41,849 nt of DNA from Thioalkalivibrio sp. Its GTDB lineage: Bacteria; Pseudomonadota; Gammaproteobacteria; Ectothiorhodospirales; Ectothiorhodospiraceae. The stretch lies in assembly GCA_003550945.1 (NCBI GenBank), contig PULL01000138.1, positions 1-41,849 of the forward strand, read 5' to 3'. A program made the translations under genes and the position numbers. A model generated the notes under the pieces. That model ran no database searches, was not told the origin of the DNA, and was given only the letters and a program-made list of their open reading frames with translations. Of this stretch, positions 8,381 to 18,805 are shown piece after piece (positions within the stretch are counted from its first letter, which is position 1; each line of letters opens with the position of its first letter).

Positions 8381-9019
8381 TCACAGGCGGGCCAGCCACT
8401 CCGACCAGACACAGTCGACCGCCGCAGCCACGGCCTCCACGTCGGCGGAGCCGTCGATCACGCGGTAGCGTTGCGGCTGCTCACGGGCCCGCTCCAGGTA
8501 GGCCGCGCGGGCGCGCTCGAAGAAGGCGAGATCCTCGCTTTCCATCCGGTCCCTTTTACCGCGATTGACTGCGCGTTCGAGTCCGAGCCGCGCCGGCACA
8601 TCGAACACGAACACGAGATCGGGCCGCAGATCCCCCTGCAGCCAGTCCTCCAGTACCGCCACCTTGTCCGCGCCCAGCCGCCGCCCGGCACCCTGATAGG
8701 CGAAGCTCGCGTCGGTAAACCGGTCGCACAGGACCCACGCGCCACGAGTCAACGCGGGCTCGATGCAGGCGCGCAGGTGTTCGGCCCGGGCGGCGAAGAT
8801 CAGCAGCAGTTCGGTCTCGGCCGCCATCGTCCCGATCGCAGGGTCCAGCAGCAGCCCGCGCAGCCTCTCACCGAGCGGGGTACCCCCCGGTTCCCGCGTA
8901 ACGAACAACTCCTGTCCGGTACCCCGAATGCGGTCCGTCAGGCGTTCGAGCTGAGTGGACTTCCCCGCTCCCTCGATCCCCTCGAAGGTGATGAACCGCC
9001 CGCGCGCCGGTACCGGCAT
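8381..9019 (-). CDS. tmk: Thymidylate kinase
   Basis: FITFEGIEGAGKST P-loop, TREPGG, CDRFTDAS..YQG. Confidence 0.96.
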   Translation of the reverse strand: MPVPARGRFITFEGIEGAGKSTQLERLTDRIRGTGQELFVTREPGGTPLGERLRGLLLDPAIGTMAAETELLLIFAARAEHLRACIEPALTRGAWVLCDRFTDASFAYQGAGRRLGADKVAVLEDWLQGDLRPDLVFVFDVPARLGLERAVNRGKRDRMESEDLAFFERARAAYLERAREQPQRYRVIDGSADVEAVAAAVDCVWSEWLARL

Positions 9020-10041
9020 CAGCGCCTCCCGTACCGGCTGGCGTCTCCGCCCAGCTGGTATTTGATCACCGCCGCGCGGTGTTCCGCGTAGGTGCGTGAG
9101 AACTCATGCGTACCGTCCTTGCGCGACACGAAAAACAGCGCATCGGTCTCGGCGGGGTTGGCGGCCGCGCGGATCGACGCGCGCCCGGGCAGTGCGATCG
9201 GCGTAGGCGGCAGGCCGTCCCGCGTATAGGTGTTGTAGGGGTGATCGCGCTGCAGTTCCGCGCGCGTCAGCCGCGTGACTCCGGGACCGAGCGGATAGAG
9301 CAGGGTCGGATCCGTCTGCAGCCGCATGCCGCGCCGCAGACGGTTCACGAACACCCCCGCGACCAGATCACGTTCGTCGGCCTGCCCCGTCTCCTTTTCG
9401 ACGATCGACGCCAGAATCAGCAGTTCGTATGGCGATTCCAGCGGGTGCCCCTCGGCCCTTTCCTCCCAGGCCTGCGTCAGCACGCGATCCATCGCCTCGT
9501 GGGCCATCCGGACCACCTGTTCCGCCGGTGTGTTTCGGCCGAACACGTAGGTATCCGGGAGGAACCAGCCCTCCGGGTGCGTGTCCGGGCGTCCCAGCAT
9601 CGCCATCACCTGCTCCAGATCCAAGGGCTCGGGCGGAACCCGCAGGGCCGCGTGTGCCTGCACCGCATCGAGAAACTGCTGTGCGGTCCAGCCCTCCGGA
9701 ATCGTCAGCCGATGCCGTATCACCGCGCCCCGGACCATGTTGTCCAGCAGATCCGCCAGCGAGAGATCCACCGTCACCAGGTATTCGCCGGCCTGCAGCC
9801 GGCCGGAAATCCCGTGATACCGGGCGTGCGCCTCCACCAGCCAGGGGTGGTTCACCCAGCCCCGCTCGGCCATCTCGCCGGTGATCTGGCGGAAACCCTG
9901 CCCTGGCCGGACCACGAATACAGCGTCCTCTTCCAGCGCCAGCGGCTGCAGCAACTCCTTCTGGTACAGACTCGCGAGATGGGCACCCGCGAGCGTCAAG
10001 GCGATCAGCAGGAGCAGGACTGTAAGACTAATCCACCGCAT
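9019..10041 (-). CDS. mltG: Endolytic transglycosylase MltG (YceG)
   Basis: N-terminal TM segment, TIPEGW, ASIVEKET, LQTDPT, YNTY..GLPPTPI. Confidence 0.95.
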   Translation of the reverse strand: MRWISLTVLLLLIALTLAGAHLASLYQKELLQPLALEEDAVFVVRPGQGFRQITGEMAERGWVNHPWLVEAHARYHGISGRLQAGEYLVTVDLSLADLLDNMVRGAVIRHRLTIPEGWTAQQFLDAVQAHAALRVPPEPLDLEQVMAMLGRPDTHPEGWFLPDTYVFGRNTPAEQVVRMAHEAMDRVLTQAWEERAEGHPLESPYELLILASIVEKETGQADERDLVAGVFVNRLRRGMRLQTDPTLLYPLGPGVTRLTRAELQRDHPYNTYTRDGLPPTPIALPGRASIRAAANPAETDALFFVSRKDGTHEFSRTYAEHRAAVIKYQLGGDASRYGRR

Positions 10042-10852
10042 TCATCTGTTCTCCGATCTCCCGCACGCGTTCGAGCCTTGAGGCAACCCGATGGCTGTCT
10101 TCGAGCGGCGCCTGCCGGGCCGTCGCCAGCATCGCCCTCCGCAGCCCGAGCCGCGCGCTGGTGAGAAAAATCGCATCACCGCGACGCAACTGCTCGAGCG
10201 TCATGCTGGTCTCCCGTACCGCGAGGCCGGCGGATCCGGCGTGGTCGAGCAGCCAGCCGCGTCGCGTTCCGGCCACTCCGTGCACGGCCAGTCCGGGGGT
10301 CAGCAGTGCATCGCCCTCCAGCACGAACACGTTGCTCTGGGTGCCACAGCGCACGCGGCCACCCGCATCAAGCATCAGCCCCTCGTCCCAGTCGTCAGCC
10401 CATTCCCGGCGTGCCAGCACATTCTCCAGCCGATTGAGGTGCTTGCAACCCGGGACGGGACTGCGCGAAACCCGGGTCCTGCACACGCCCAGGCGCAGTA
10501 TGTCCGAGGCGTCGGGAATGTCCAGTGGCGCACCGCCGATCACGATCCGGGTCGGGTGCACGACAACCGGTGGCGCGTACCCACGCGGGCCCGGTCCGCG
10601 GGTGACGATCAACTTGGCCATGGAGGGAACATTGAGGGACACCCGGGCCAGTTCGTCCAGACAATCCTGCTCGCGCGGCCTCGGGATTCCAAGCCGATCC
10701 AGACCACGGCACAGCCGGCTCCAGTGCCTCCCCCACAACACGGGAACGCCCGCCTGCAGCCGCAGGGTTTCAAAAGCGCCGTCGCCGAACTGCAATCCGC
10801 GATCGGCCGCTTCGATCCGTGCCCCGGGTTCACCATTGACCAGTGTGATCAT
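10028..10852 (-). CDS. pabC: Aminodeoxychorismate lyase
   Basis: DRGLQFGDGAFET, KHLNRLENVLA. Sits between pabB and mltG. Confidence 0.92.
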   Translation of the reverse strand: MITLVNGEPGARIEAADRGLQFGDGAFETLRLQAGVPVLWGRHWSRLCRGLDRLGIPRPREQDCLDELARVSLNVPSMAKLIVTRGPGPRGYAPPVVVHPTRIVIGGAPLDIPDASDILRLGVCRTRVSRSPVPGCKHLNRLENVLARREWADDWDEGLMLDAGGRVRCGTQSNVFVLEGDALLTPGLAVHGVAGTRRGWLLDHAGSAGLAVRETSMTLEQLRRGDAIFLTSARLGLRRAMLATARQAPLEDSHRVASRLERVREIGEQMNAVD

Positions 10853-12162
10853 GTCTGCAACGCGTCGAGCAGCGCGCGGGCCTTGTGCCGGGTTTCGCGC
10901 AGCTCCGCCTGCGGATCCGAGTCCGCCACGATCCCGGCACCGGTACGAAAGCGGATTTCCCTGCCCCGCGTGACCAGTGTGCGGATCAGGATGTTCGTGT
11001 CCATCACGCCGTGGCGACTCACATAGCCGCAGGATCCGGTGTAGGCGCCGCGGACGGCACGCCGCTCCAGTTCCTGGATGATCTGCATGCTGCGGATCTT
11101 CGGGCAGCCGGTGATGGTTCCGCCGGGAAACGTGGCTCGGATCAGGTCCCCCGGCGTCGTGCCCTCCCGCAGCCGTGCCTGAACCGAGGACACGATGTGG
11201 TGGACGCGGCGGTAGCTCTCGATGGTCATGAAATCGGCCACCTGCACGGTTCCGGTGCGGGCGACACGGCCGAGGTCATTGCGTTCCAGATCCACCAGCA
11301 TCACGTGTTCGGCCTGTTCCTTTGCGTTGACCCTGAGTTCGTGCGAAAGCGCCTGATCCTTCGTGCTGTCCGCATCCCTGCGCCGCGTGCCCGCAATCGG
11401 CCGGGTCTCCACCACGCCGTCGCGCACACTGATCAGGCGCTCGGGAGAGGAACTGAGCACCTCGGCACCCGGCAGCCGAAGCCAGGCCGCAAACGGCGCC
11501 GGATTGGCTTCCCGCAGGCGCCGGTACAGTACGCCTGTCTCCGGCGCTCGAGCGCAGCGCACGCGCCACCCGCGCGACAGGTTGGCCTGGAAACAGTCAC
11601 CGTCGCGAATGTAACCCAGTGCGCGTTGCACCGCCTCCAGATAATCAGCGGCTGGCTCCTCGGTTACCGTGAGCAAGGGCCATGGGTCCGGTCGCCAGGC
11701 GCTCGAGTGCTCGAGGTCGCGACAGACCTGTTCCCAGCGGGACGCATCGTCCGACTCATCGACGAAGTAGGTCCGCCTTTCCTGGTGATCGACGATCAGC
11801 GCCGCAGGAAACGCAGTGACCAGTGCGGACGGGAGCCAGGGATCGGGGATGCACTGGCCAAGCGCCGGTTCCAGGGTCCACGCGAACTCGTAGCCGAGGT
11901 AGATGAACCAGCCGCCCAGAAAGGGAAGCTCGGGGTGCTCGGGCTCGATCCGCACATCGTCGAAGGCGCCCATTCGATCGAGTTGCGCCATGACCGCCCG
12001 CGCGTCGCCCGCGACGCTGTGACCGGGAAACGCGAACAGGATCGAGAACCGGGCCGGTGCCTGACCGATCAGGGCCGACTCGAGCAGGTGCGGGTAGCGC
12101 TCGGGAAAGGCCCGGGCCAGCGCAAACAGATCCGCGCCGGTCGCGATCGGCCGGACCGACAT
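10849..12162 (-). CDS. pabB: Aminodeoxychorismate synthase component I
   Basis: SSSPERL, TRPIAGT, EHVMLVDLERNDLG, FPGGTITGCPK, GAGIVADS. Start trimmed to the ATG at 12162. Confidence 0.88.
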   Translation of the reverse strand: MSVRPIATGADLFALARAFPERYPHLLESALIGQAPARFSILFAFPGHSVAGDARAVMAQLDRMGAFDDVRIEPEHPELPFLGGWFIYLGYEFAWTLEPALGQCIPDPWLPSALVTAFPAALIVDHQERRTYFVDESDDASRWEQVCRDLEHSSAWRPDPWPLLTVTEEPAADYLEAVQRALGYIRDGDCFQANLSRGWRVRCARAPETGVLYRRLREANPAPFAAWLRLPGAEVLSSSPERLISVRDGVVETRPIAGTRRRDADSTKDQALSHELRVNAKEQAEHVMLVDLERNDLGRVARTGTVQVADFMTIESYRRVHHIVSSVQARLREGTTPGDLIRATFPGGTITGCPKIRSMQIIQELERRAVRGAYTGSCGYVSRHGVMDTNILIRTLVTRGREIRFRTGAGIVADSDPQAELRETRHKARALLDALQT

Positions 12163-12170
12163 GCGGGTGA

Positions 12171-13409
12171 CTACAGCGTACGGAACAGCAACGAGCCGTT
12201 GGTGCCGCCGAACCCAAACGAGTTGGACAATGCCACCCGGGTGCTCAGGTCCCGAGCCTCGTGCGGCACGTAGTCCAGATCGCAACCCTCCCCGGGATTG
12301 TCCAGGTTGATCGTCGGCGGCGATACCTGATGGTGCAGGGCCAGCACCGAGAACACGCCTTCGATACCGCCCGCTGCCCCGAGGAGGTGGCCGGTCATCG
12401 ACTTGGTGGAGTTCACGAACACCTTCGGTGCGTGGTCCCCAAGCGCGCGCTTCACGGCCATGGTCTCGGCGAGGTCGCCCGCGGGCGTGGAAGTGCCGTG
12501 GGCGTTGATGTAACCAACCTCGCTGACATCGACCCCGGCGTCCTTCATGGCCCGAAGCATGCAGTCTGCAGCGCCTTCGCCACCCTGCGAAGGCTGCGTC
12601 ATGTGGTACGCGTCGGAGTTCCAGGCGAAGCCCGCAAGCTCGCAGTAGATCCGTGCGCCACGTTTCTTGGCGAACTCGTATTCCTCGAGCATCAGCACAC
12701 CGGCGCCGTCGCTGAGCACAAAGCCGTCACGGTCGCGGTCCCAGGGGCGCGATGCGCGCGCAGGGTCGTCGTTCCGGGTTGAAAGCGCCCGGGCAGCCGC
12801 GAAGCCGCCGATACCGAGCGGCGTGGTGGCCATCTCGGCCCCGCCGGCCAGCATCGCCTCGACGTCGCCATAGGCGATCATTCGGGCCGCGTCGCCAATG
12901 TTGTGCGTTCCGGTGGCACAGGCCGACACGATCGAGATGTTGGGCCCCTTCAGACCCTTCATGATCGACAGGTTGCCCGCGACCATGTTGATGATCGCGC
13001 TGGGCACGAAGAACGGCGAAATCTTGCGCGGGCCACCTTTCAGATAGGCGGCATACGACCGCTCGATGTACGGAAGACCGCCGATTCCGGAGCCAATGGC
13101 CACGCCGATCCGGTCAGCGTTCTCCTCGGTCACTTCGAGGCCGGAATCCTCCAGCGCCTGCAGACCCGCGGCAAGGCCATACAGGACGAAGGTGTCCATC
13201 TTCTTCTGGTCCTTCACCGGTACGTAGTCGTTCGCGTCGAAGTCCCGCACGGCGCCGGAAATGCGCACCGGCATCTCCGAGGCGTCGAACACGTCGATCG
13301 GCGTGATGCCGCTCCTGCCGGCAACGATGTTTTCCCAGGCTGTCTCAACGGTCGACCCGACCGGGGAAACGATGCCCAGACCCGTAACCACCACACGACG
13401 CTTAGACAC
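12171..13409 (-). CDS. fabF: 3-oxoacyl-ACP synthase II
   Basis: [45 protein letters not shown] start with GGAG RBS. Confidence 0.96.
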   Translation of the reverse strand: MSKRRVVVTGLGIVSPVGSTVETAWENIVAGRSGITPIDVFDASEMPVRISGAVRDFDANDYVPVKDQKKMDTFVLYGLAAGLQALEDSGLEVTEENADRIGVAIGSGIGGLPYIERSYAAYLKGGPRKISPFFVPSAIINMVAGNLSIMKGLKGPNISIVSACATGTHNIGDAARMIAYGDVEAMLAGGAEMATTPLGIGGFAAARALSTRNDDPARASRPWDRDRDGFVLSDGAGVLMLEEYEFAKKRGARIYCELAGFAWNSDAYHMTQPSQGGEGAADCMLRAMKDAGVDVSEVGYINAHGTSTPAGDLAETMAVKRALGDHAPKVFVNSTKSMTGHLLGAAGGIEGVFSVLALHHQVSPPTINLDNPGEGCDLDYVPHEARDLSTRVALSNSFGFGGTNGSLLFRTL

Positions 13410-13514
13410 AGACTCTCTCCCTACGCGGCGAAACAACAAGGCAAGGGGCTGCACTCGACCCGATGCGAGCGGCCCCTGCCCTCAGTGCATTGGAACGGCC
13501 GAGGCCGATACGGG

Positions 13515-13754
13515 CTAGTCCTTCAGGTGCGCCTGAATGTAATCGATCGCCTGCTGCACGGTGGTGATCTTTTCGGCCTGCTCGTCCGGGATCTCCGTCT
13601 CGAACTCTTCTTCCAGGGCCATGACCAGTTCCACGGTGTCCAGTGAATCTGCGCCGAGATCCTCGACGAATGACGCGGTGTTCGTCACGTCCTCTTCCTT
13701 GGCGCCCAACTGTTCGACGACGATCTTCTTGACGCGTTCTTCAATGCTGCTCAT
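13515..13754 (-). CDS. acpP: Acyl carrier protein
   Basis: [10 protein letters not shown]...[11 protein letters not shown] phosphopantetheine site. Confidence 0.97.
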   Translation of the reverse strand: MSSIEERVKKIVVEQLGAKEEDVTNTASFVEDLGADSLDTVELVMALEEEFETEIPDEQAEKITTVQQAIDYIQAHLKD

Positions 13755-13899
13755 GTACGGCATCCCCTTTGGATGTGTGGCGGTCAATTTGCGAGCGCCA
13801 TTCTAGTGAAAAGCCCCGGTTCGATCCAGCGTAGCGCCGCAGCGCCTGTGGACCTTCGTCGGGGGGGCCGGGGGAATCACCACGACCCCCCGGATTTGG

Positions 13900-14637
13900 T
13901 CAATGCATGAACATCCCGCCGTTGACGTGCAGTGTCTCCCCGGTAATGTAACCCGCACCCGGGGAAGCAAGGAAGGAGACGGCGGCGGCAATCTCTTCCG
14001 GCTCGCCGAGGCGGCCCAGCGGAATACCCTCCAACAGCTTCGTGCGGGTGGCCTCCGGGAGTTCCCGCGTCATGTCGGTGTCGATGAAACCCGGCGCAAC
14101 GGTGTTCACCGTAATGTGCCGGCTGCCCACCTCCCGGGCCAGCGAGCGCGCGAACCCGGCGAGCCCGGCCTTCGCGGCCGCGTAGTTGGTCTGCCCCGCA
14201 TTACCGCTGGAACCCACCACCGAGCCGATCAGGATAATGCGCCCGCGCCGGGCCTTCATCATGCCTTTCAGCAGCTTCTGGGTCAGGCGGACTGCGGAGG
14301 TGAGGTTGGTCTCGATGATGCTATCCCACTCCGCGTCCTTCATGCGCATCAGGAGGTTGTCCCGGGTAATGCCCGCGTTGTTCACCAGCACCTCGATCCC
14401 GCCTTCCTGTTCCTGGATGTCGTCGAGCGCCGCCTGCACGGACGCAGGGTCGGTGACGTTCATCTCCAGTCCACGGCCGCCAACGTCGGACAGCGCCGCG
14501 GTGATCGCCTCCGCACCACGGGCCGTGGTCGCGGTGCCGATCACTCTCCAGCCATCCTGGGCCAACCGCCGGGCAATGGCGGCACCAATTCCGCGGCTGG
14601 CGCCCGTCACCAGGGCTGCGCCTCTCGTATCAGACAT
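13900..14637 (-). CDS. fabG: 3-oxoacyl-ACP reductase
   Basis: TGASRGIG, NNAGITRD, YAAAK, PGFIDTDMT. Confidence 0.96.
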   Translation of the reverse strand: MSDTRGAALVTGASRGIGAAIARRLAQDGWRVIGTATTARGAEAITAALSDVGGRGLEMNVTDPASVQAALDDIQEQEGGIEVLVNNAGITRDNLLMRMKDAEWDSIIETNLTSAVRLTQKLLKGMMKARRGRIILIGSVVGSSGNAGQTNYAAAKAGLAGFARSLAREVGSRHITVNTVAPGFIDTDMTRELPEATRTKLLEGIPLGRLGEPEEIAAAVSFLASPGAGYITGETLHVNGGMFMH

Positions 14638-14682
14638 CGATCCTTCCTTTGTTCGGTTTTCAGGATTGGGCGGGGCCGGTGG

Positions 14683-15624
14683 TCAGGCCCTCAGCGCTTC
14701 CAGGGTACGGGCCAGGCCCGCGTCATCGCTCAATTCGCACAGCTGCAGCTCACGGTCGATGCGCTTTGCAAGCCCGGTCAGCACCTTTCCAGGACCGGCC
14801 TCCACCAGAAGTTGCACGCCATCGGCGCGCATCGCCTGCACGGTCTCGACCCAGCGAACCGGACGATAAAGCTGCTCGGCCAGAATGGCCCTGAGTTCAT
14901 CCACCGACTGCACCGGAGCCGCAGACACGTTGTGCAGCACCGGGATTTCAGGCAGGCGCAGTTCCGTCGTGGCGAGCCGCGCGGCAAGGCGTTCCGCCGC
15001 CGGCCGCATCAGCGCGCAGTGCGAGGGCACCGAGACTGGCAGCCGCAACGCCCGCTTCGCGCCCGCACCCGATGCCGCAGCCACCGCGCGCTCGACCGCC
15101 TGCGCCGAACCCGCAATCACCACCTGCCCGGGCGAATTGAAATTCACCGCCTCGAGCACGTCGTCACCCGCATGCGTGGCACAGAGTTCCCGAACCGCAG
15201 CGTCTTCGAGACCCAGGATGGCCGCCATCGCGCCGGCGTCTGCGGGTACCGCTTCCTGCATCGCAGCGGCACGTTCGGCCACCAGCGCCACGGCGTCGGA
15301 AAACTCCAGCGCCCCGGCCGCGACCAGCGCGCTGTATTCGCCGAGACTATGTCCCGCCATCCTGGCCGGTTGCAGGTCCGTGGCCTGCGCCAGCACGCGC
15401 CAGGCGGCGACACCGGCGGCGAGCATCGCGGGTTGAGTGAATTCGGTCTGGTTCAGGGTCTCTGCCGGACCGGTCTGGCTCAGCTGCCAAAGGTCCGTGC
15501 CCAGCACCTCGGAGGCCTCGCCGAAGGTCTCGCGGACGATGGGACGACCCGCGCCCAGCGCCCCCAGCATACCCACCGACTGTGAGCCCTGACCCGGGAA
15601 GACGACTGCCCAATGCGATTCCAT
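14683..15624 (-). CDS. fabD: Malonyl-CoA:ACP transacylase
   Basis: FPGQGSQ, GHSLGEY, VSVPSH. Confidence 0.96.
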   Translation of the reverse strand: MESHWAVVFPGQGSQSVGMLGALGAGRPIVRETFGEASEVLGTDLWQLSQTGPAETLNQTEFTQPAMLAAGVAAWRVLAQATDLQPARMAGHSLGEYSALVAAGALEFSDAVALVAERAAAMQEAVPADAGAMAAILGLEDAAVRELCATHAGDDVLEAVNFNSPGQVVIAGSAQAVERAVAAASGAGAKRALRLPVSVPSHCALMRPAAERLAARLATTELRLPEIPVLHNVSAAPVQSVDELRAILAEQLYRPVRWVETVQAMRADGVQLLVEAGPGKVLTGLAKRIDRELQLCELSDDAGLARTLEALRA

Positions 15625-15861
15625 GGCGAATCCGTTCCGATCGAGGATGGCGTAGTTTAGGCGTAACGATTCTCGAGCGGCAAACCGCTCGACATTCTTA
15701 TCCGCGCAACCCGGCGCACCCCAGCCTCCACCCCGCCTCCGGAGGCGCAGCGCAATTCAGACGATGGCCGGTGAAAAACCGGGCGGGGCGCTACCTCTGC
15801 TTGAGTTCCGGCCGTGCATCCGCATAATGTCGCCTCCCCTGTGTTATCGAAGAGGGCCTGC

Positions 15862-16080
15862 ATGGCGAAGGAAGACGAGATCGAACTCGAGGGAACGATC
15901 GTGGAAACGCTGCCGAACACGATGTTCCGCGTCGAACTGGAGAACGGGCACGTGATCACCGCCCACATCTCCGGAAAGATGCGCAAGCACTACATCCGCA
16001 TTCTGCGCGGCGACAAGGTCATCGTGCAGATGACTCCGTACGATCTCACGAAGGGCCGCATCGTCTACCGCAACAAGTGA
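15862..16080 (+). CDS. infA: Translation initiation factor IF-1
   Basis: [11 protein letters not shown]...[17 protein letters not shown]...PYDLTKGRI, 72 aa. Confidence 0.97.
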   Translation: MAKEDEIELEGTIVETLPNTMFRVELENGHVITAHISGKMRKHYIRILRGDKVIVQMTPYDLTKGRIVYRNK

Positions 16081-16082
16081 GC

Positions 16083-16103
16083 GGGTCCGGGCCAGCCGGA
16101 CCC
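16083..16103. terminator. GC hairpin between convergent infA and clpA
   Basis: GGGTCCGG-GCCAG-CCGGACCC, perfect 8-bp stem, no U-tract. Confidence 0.4.
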
Positions 16104-16110
16104 TCCCGCC

Positions 16111-18390
16111 TCAGGAAACGGCCGGTTCGCGGATGTCGAGTTCCAGCCCGGCCTCGCCGACCCTGACCACCACTTCCCCGCCGCCCCTGACCAGCCGGCC
16201 GAACAGCAGCTCTTCGGCCAACGGCTTCTTGATGTGTTCCTGCAGCGTGCGGGCCATCGGCCGCGCACCCATCTTCACGTCGTAGCCGTGCTCCGCGAGC
16301 CACGCGCGGGCTTCCGGGGTTACCGTCAGCACCACCTTCTTCTCGTCCAGCTGGGCCTGCAGCTGCACCAGGAACTTGTCGACCACGCCGAGGATCGTGA
16401 CCTCGTCGAGTGCGCCAAACTGGATGATGCCGTCGAGCCGGTTGCGGAATTCCGGACTGAACGTGCGCTTGAGAACTTCCATCGCGTCGGTGGAGTGATC
16501 CTGCTGGGTGAAGCCCATCGAGGGCCGGCTGGCCATCTCCGCGCCGACGTTGCTGGTCATCACCACGATCACGTTGCGGAAGTCGACCTTGCGGCCATTG
16601 GTGTCGGTCAGGGTTCCGTGATCCATCACCTGCAGCAGCAGGTTGAACACGTCCGGATGCGCCTTCTCGATCTCGTCGAGCAGCAGCACCGCGTGGGGAT
16701 GCTTCAGGATCGCGTCGGTGAGCAGGCCGCCTTCGTCATAGCCCACATAGCCTGGGGGCGCGCCGATCAGGCGCGACACCGTGTGCCGCTCCATGTATTC
16801 CGACATGTCGAAGCGCACCAGTTCGATGCCAAGAATGCGCGCAAGCTGCTTGGTGACTTCGGTCTTGCCGACACCGGTCGGGCCGGTAAACAGGAACGAG
16901 CCGATCGGCTTCTCCTGGTCGGCGAGGCCTGAGCGGGCCATCTTGATCGCAGTGGCCAGGCTTTCGATCGCCGGGTCCTGCCCGAACACCACCATCTTCA
17001 GGTTCCGCTCGAGGTTGCGGAGCACCTCGACGTCGCTGGTGGAAACCGACTTCGGCGGGATGCGGGCGATCTTCGCGACGATGGCCTCGATGTCCTGCAC
17101 GCCGATCGTCTTGCGGCGGTTTCGGGACGGCTGCAGCTGTCGGTTCGCGCCGGCCTCGTCGATCAGGTCGATCGCCTTATCCGGAAGGAAACGGTCGGTG
17201 ATGTAGCGGTCCGCGAGTTCCGCCGCGGCCCGCAGCGCCGGACGCGTGAAGCGCACGTTGTGATGGGCTTCGAAACGCGACTTCAGGCCCGACAGGATCT
17301 GGAAGGTCTCGTCGACCGACGGCTCCGGCACGTCGATCTTCTGGAAACGCCGCGCCAGCGCACGGTCCTTCTCGAAAATGCCCCGGTATTCCTGGTAGGT
17401 GGTGGACCCGATGCACTTCAGCTCGCCGCTGGCGAGCATCGGCTTGATCAGGTTGGAGGCGTCCATCACCCCGCCCGAAGCGGCGCCGGCACCAATGATG
17501 GTGTGAATCTCGTCGATGAACAGCACGGCGCCGGGCTGGCGCTTCAACTGGGCAAGCACCCCTTTCAGACGCTTCTCGAAATCGCCTCGGTACTTGGTGC
17601 CGGCCACCAGCGCGCCCAGGTCGAGCGCGTAGACTGTTGCCTTCTCGATCGCCTCCGGCACCTCGTGGTCGACGATGCGCTTGGCCAGACCTTCGGCGAT
17701 CGCGGTCTTTCCAACGCCGGCCTCGCCGACCAGCAGCGGATTGTTCTTCCGCCTCCGGCAAAGAATCTGGATGGTCCGCTCGATTTCGTGCTCGCGCCCG
17801 ATCAGCGGGTCGATCTCGTCCCGGGCCGCTCGCGCGTTCAGGTTGGTCGCATACAGCGTGAGCGCGTTCTGCTTCGGCTCCCCTTCCTCCCCGGAAGCTC
17901 CCCCCGGCCCGGCGGATTCGCCGGCACCCGGCTGGCCCTGCGCGGGATCCTCGTCGGCCACCTTCGAAATCCCGTGCGAGATGTAGTTGACCACGTCGAG
18001 GCGCTGGATGTCCTGTTGGGCGAGCAGGTGCAGCGCGTGGCTGTCCTGTTCCCCGAACAGCGCGACCAGCACGTTCGCGCCGCTGACCTCCTTGCGACCG
18101 CTGGACTGCACGTGGAACACCGCGCGCTGCAATACCCGTTGGAAACCCAGCGTGGGTTGCGTTTCGCGCCCGTCCCGCGGCGGAATCCGCGGCGTGTTCG
18201 CATCCAGCCAGGTGTCGAGTTCGGTCCGGATCCGCTCCAGATCCGCACCGCAGGCCCGCAGCACGGTCGCGGCGCTGGGGTTGGAGATCAGTGCGAGCAG
18301 GAGGTGTTCGACGGTCACGAATTCGTGCCGCTTCTCCCGGGCATCCTTGAACACCAGGTTCAGACTGAATTCGAGTTCGCGGTCGAGCAT
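16111..18390 (-). CDS. clpA: ATP-dependent Clp protease ATPase ClpA
   Basis: RHEFVTVEHLL N-domain, two Walker A motifs (GEAGVGKT, GPTGVGKT), MGF ClpP-docking loop, 759 aa. Confidence 0.97.
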   Translation of the reverse strand: MLDRELEFSLNLVFKDAREKRHEFVTVEHLLLALISNPSAATVLRACGADLERIRTELDTWLDANTPRIPPRDGRETQPTLGFQRVLQRAVFHVQSSGRKEVSGANVLVALFGEQDSHALHLLAQQDIQRLDVVNYISHGISKVADEDPAQGQPGAGESAGPGGASGEEGEPKQNALTLYATNLNARAARDEIDPLIGREHEIERTIQILCRRRKNNPLLVGEAGVGKTAIAEGLAKRIVDHEVPEAIEKATVYALDLGALVAGTKYRGDFEKRLKGVLAQLKRQPGAVLFIDEIHTIIGAGAASGGVMDASNLIKPMLASGELKCIGSTTYQEYRGIFEKDRALARRFQKIDVPEPSVDETFQILSGLKSRFEAHHNVRFTRPALRAAAELADRYITDRFLPDKAIDLIDEAGANRQLQPSRNRRKTIGVQDIEAIVAKIARIPPKSVSTSDVEVLRNLERNLKMVVFGQDPAIESLATAIKMARSGLADQEKPIGSFLFTGPTGVGKTEVTKQLARILGIELVRFDMSEYMERHTVSRLIGAPPGYVGYDEGGLLTDAILKHPHAVLLLDEIEKAHPDVFNLLLQVMDHGTLTDTNGRKVDFRNVIVVMTSNVGAEMASRPSMGFTQQDHSTDAMEVLKRTFSPEFRNRLDGIIQFGALDEVTILGVVDKFLVQLQAQLDEKKVVLTVTPEARAWLAEHGYDVKMGARPMARTLQEHIKKPLAEELLFGRLVRGGGEVVVRVGEAGLELDIREPAVS

Positions 18391-18394
18391 GGGA

Positions 18395-18718
18395 TCAGGC
18401 CTCCTCCATCGAGCAGAGCAGCGGGTGCTTGTGATGCCGGGCGTACTCGTTCACCTGGGCCACCTTGGTTTCGGCGACGTCGCGGCTGAAAATGCCGCAG
18501 ACCCCTTTGCCACGGGTATGCACGTGCAGCATGATGCGCGTGGCCTTCTCCCGGTCCATCCCGAAGAACGTCTCCAGGACCTCCACCACGAACTCCATCG
18601 GCGTGTAGTCGTCGTTCATCAATACCACCTTGAACCTCCGCGGCGGCTTGAGTTCCGGACGGGCCTCGTCGACGGCGATCGATTCGTCCCGGGTTGGCCT
18701 GTGCTTCGAGTCACTCAT
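18395..18718 (-). CDS. clpS: ClpS adaptor
   Basis: [28 protein letters not shown]. Confidence 0.96.
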   Translation of the reverse strand: MSDSKHRPTRDESIAVDEARPELKPPRRFKVVLMNDDYTPMEFVVEVLETFFGMDREKATRIMLHVHTRGKGVCGIFSRDVAETKVAQVNEYARHHKHPLLCSMEEA

Positions 18719-18805
18719 GAGTCGCTTTCGGCGTTTCCGACATCCTGACCTGCATCTTCATCGAGTCCCGGGGGCCGGGCCAAAATACCGCAGTAGGCAT
18801 CCCCC

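Noticed and set aside
18719-18805. cspD, often found between clpS and icd
   Set aside because: The gap is only 87 bp, so the gene is absent here. This is ordinary variation.
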